NCBI GenBank assembly: GCA_044229145.1
Contig: JBGATO010000012.1
Location: 9,350 to 73,349 of the forward strand
Length of the DNA stretch: 64,000 nucleotides
Direction of reading: 5' to 3'
DNA from: Candidatus Eiseniibacteriota bacterium
Lineage (GTDB): Bacteria > Eisenbacteria > RBG-16-71-46 > CAZEPH01
Shown: in pieces, positions 61,561 through 64,000 of the stretch
How the letters are laid out: the number at the start of each line of letters is the position of its first letter
How positions within the stretch are numbered: the stretch's first letter is position 1
The notes under the pieces: generated by a model
Told to the model about the DNA's origin: nothing
What the model saw: the letters and a program-made list of their open reading frames with translations, nothing else
Database searches by the model: none
Position numbers and translations under genes: made by a program

Positions 61561-62080
61561 GTTCGCCGTGCCGACGGCCGAAATGTTAATCGACGGGGAA
61601 ACCGCTCCTTGTCGTGATCGGGACACGATGTCCGGCCTTCGGACCGGAGTCGTGCCGGACTCGCGGGGAGGCGTACGAGAAGCGGGCCTCACGACTGCTT
61701 CTCGCGCGCGGTTCGTCCCGCCACTTGGTGACATCACCGAGGGCCCGGACAGCTCCACGTGGTTGCCCAGCCCTTCCAGTCAGCGATTCCGCGGTCTGCT
61801 GCCGTGGAGTAGGCGTGGGAGGAACGCCATGGCCGAAAGCCTGGGGTTACTGGTAGGGGTAGCGTCGTTGATCGACCTGTTTTGGTGGATCAGACGCTTG
61901 GAACCGTCACGAGAAGCGGCCGGAGCGCGCAGGCGCCCCGGCCGCTTTCGCATGGGAGCGCGCCGCCACGGACGAGCCCCGGCTTGCCCGCCGAGCGGGG
62001 CAGTGCTAGCGTCTGCCGACCCGCCAGCGGCACCGCCGCGCCGCTGGACGTCCTCAGGATCCCGGGCAGGGCGCGCGATC

Positions 62081-64000
62081 ATGCACGATCCGGCACCGTC
62101 CTTTGCGGCTCCACCAATTCACGGCCAGGTTGCGCGCGCTCGCGCGTGGGTCGTGCTTGCCTCGGTCGCCCTCGTCGCCTTGTTCGCCGGCAGCGCGATG
62201 CGCATCAGCGAACACGGGTATACCGGCGCGTCGCTGTCGTACAACTTGGTTGCGATCGTGGAGGCGGGGAGCCCCGCGGACCGCGCCGGTCTTCGCCCCG
62301 GTGACCGCATCGTCGCGCTCGACGACGTGCCGTACGGGCGGGTGCCGTTTGCCGAGGCGCGCGTGCGCACGCCGCCGCCGCACGCCCGCCTGCACCTCGA
62401 TGTGGTTCGCCCCGGAGTGCACCCGACGCGCGTGCCGCTGACGCTCGAGACGACGTATCCGCCATGGGGCGAGGTGTTGTGGCGACTAGTGCTCGCCGCC
62501 GCCGGCATCGTGTGTGTGGCGCTCGCCACGTTCATCTTCTGGCAGCGTCCGGGTGCGCTGACCATGCTGTTCTGGTGCATCCTGGCGGGATTCGCGTGGC
62601 TCTTGCGGGAGCCTGTGCCCTCGGCGCGCGTCGGCACTTTGGCGCTGGCGTCGCTCGGCGACGACATCGTGCAACTGGCGCTGCCCGGGCTGCTCGTGCA
62701 CTTCTTCCTGCTGTTTCCCGAGTCCCGCGCGTTCCTGGCCAAGCGGCGATGGGTGTTGGCGGTGCCGTACATCATGCCGCTAGCGTTGTTCGTCCCGGTG
62801 GCGGTGCTGTTGGCCCGCGAGGCGATGGGCACGCCGGCCTCGGATGCGTGGCGGCGCACGCTCGAGGCATGGAGCGCGGCGTGCTTCGCGTCGTCGGCCG
62901 TGGTGAGCCTCGCGTTGTTCGTGCAGAGCTTCTTCGCCACCCGCGCGGCGTGGGCGCGACGTCGCCTGCGGGTGGCGCTGGTCGGCACGCTGGCCGGAGT
63001 CGGCCCGGTGGTCGCAGTGCTGGTGTGGATGACGCTGCGGCCGACCAGCGCGTCGTCGGATGCGCGCTACGCCGTGTTGTCGCTGCTGTTGGTGCCGCTG
63101 GCGTTCGGCTACGCGATCGTGCGGTATCAAATCCTCGACGCGCGGGTGATCGTGCGGCGCGGCGTGGCGTACTCGATCGCCACCGGCATGCTGATCGCGG
63201 TGTATGCCTCGCTCGTGCTCGGCCTCGGCGGCATGTTGCAGCGCATCACGGGGCGCACTTCGCTCGGATTCACGGTGGCGTCGATCTGCCTCATCGCCGC
63301 GCTCGCGGCGCCGCTGCAGTCGCGCGTCCAGGCGCTCGTCGATCGCGTCTTCTTCCGCCGGCGCTACGACTACGCGGCGACGCTGCGCGGTATCAGCCAC
63401 GCCTTGGCGACCCTGATGGAGGTCGAAGCGCTGGCGCGCCTCGTGGTCACGCGCCTCACCGACGCGCTGCAGCCCGAGCGCGCGGCGCTCTACGTGCCCA
63501 GCGACGCGCATGGCGAGGACGTCGCGTGTGTGCGGCTGGCCTGCTATCCCGCGCACGATGCGGTGCTGCCGGCGACGCTCCCGATGGGGCCGGTGCGTGC
63601 GCTCGCGGCCACCGGCGCGCCGGTGGCGCTCGAAGATCGCCACGGCAGCGACTCGGGGATGTCGCGCGCGGATCGCGCGGCGCTCGCCGCACTCGGCGCC
63701 GCCGTGGCCGTGCCGTGCGTGGCCGAAGGCGGCGAGCCCGCATTGCTGGTGCTCGGCCCGCGCCGCGCCGGGTCGTGGTACACACCCGAGGATCTCACGC
63801 TGCTCGCCACCATCGGCGAGCAGATCGGGATCGGATTGCTCAACGCGCGGTTGTCGGATGCGCGAATCCAGGCGGCGCGCTTCGAGCGCGACCTGACGGT
63901 GGCACGCGAAATCCAGCGCCACCTGTTGCCGCACGCGCTGCCCCAGACGCGTGGCACACACCTCGCCGCCGTGTACGAGGAAGCGGCGATGGTGGGCGGC
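62081..64000 (+). CDS. Membrane PDZ-GAF-PP2C (SpoIIE/RsbU-like) phosphatase, truncated by the window end
   Basis: Own translation (absent from the ORF track because it has no stop): PDZ 'VEAGSPADRAGLRPGDRIVALD', many TMs, 'VDRVFFRRRYDY', GAF-like region, 'ERDLTVAREIQRHLLP...YEEAAMVGG'. The frame is open from ATG 61829. Confidence 0.88.
   Translation, partial: MHDPAPSFAAPPIHGQVARARAWVVLASVALVALFAGSAMRISEHGYTGASLSYNLVAIVEAGSPADRAGLRPGDRIVALDDVPYGRVPFAEARVRTPPPHARLHLDVVRPGVHPTRVPLTLETTYPPWGEVLWRLVLAAAGIVCVALATFIFWQRPGALTMLFWCILAGFAWLLREPVPSARVGTLALASLGDDIVQLALPGLLVHFFLLFPESRAFLAKRRWVLAVPYIMPLALFVPVAVLLAREAMGTPASDAWRRTLEAWSAACFASSAVVSLALFVQSFFATRAAWARRRLRVALVGTLAGVGPVVAVLVWMTLRPTSASSDARYAVLSLLLVPLAFGYAIVRYQILDARVIVRRGVAYSIATGMLIAVYASLVLGLGGMLQRITGRTSLGFTVASICLIAALAAPLQSRVQALVDRVFFRRRYDYAATLRGISHALATLMEVEALARLVVTRLTDALQPERAALYVPSDAHGEDVACVRLACYPAHDAVLPATLPMGPVRALAATGAPVALEDRHGSDSGMSRADRAALAALGAAVAVPCVAEGGEPALLVLGPRRAGSWYTPEDLTLLATIGEQIGIGLLNARLSDARIQAARFERDLTVAREIQRHLLPHALPQTRGTHLAAVYEEAAMVGG

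Overview
High-GC (roughly 70%) bacterial chromosomal segment from a diderm organism. The FlgD-Ig protein, many TPR proteins and secreted Fn3/Ig-repeat lipoproteins are reminiscent of Eisenbacteria-like lineages, but this taxonomy is inference only. Most of the window is housekeeping: ubiA/ubiX, guaB, a full H+-type F0F1 ATP synthase operon, tsaD, dcd, two nucleoside deaminases, an aminotransferase/ALDH/CoA-transferase catabolic cluster, and sat/cysC. No CRISPR array, rRNA, tRNA, transposase or integrase was seen. Best candidates for undescribed biology: (1) a perfect sigma54 promoter at the end of an AT-rich island, followed by a ~240-nt structured non-coding region in which the same 21-nt hairpin caps two different stems, with a second structured leader ~600 bp later; (2) an ECF sigma / zf-HC2 anti-sigma / outer-membrane protein / Ig-repeat locus in which the anti-sigma and the outer-membrane protein share a recognisably homologous Ig-like domain; (3) a sigma54-preceded orphan ParA with an RHH/coiled-coil partner; (4) a sat - NPP-like enzyme - cysC operon in which CysC carries the acidic 'RLRGLGYL' tail usually seen on alkaline-phosphatase/sulfatase-family enzymes. 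Three coding lesions (atpA, the YyaL-like gene, the MBL-rhodanese gene) and an AT-rich patch inside dcd may be assembly artefacts.
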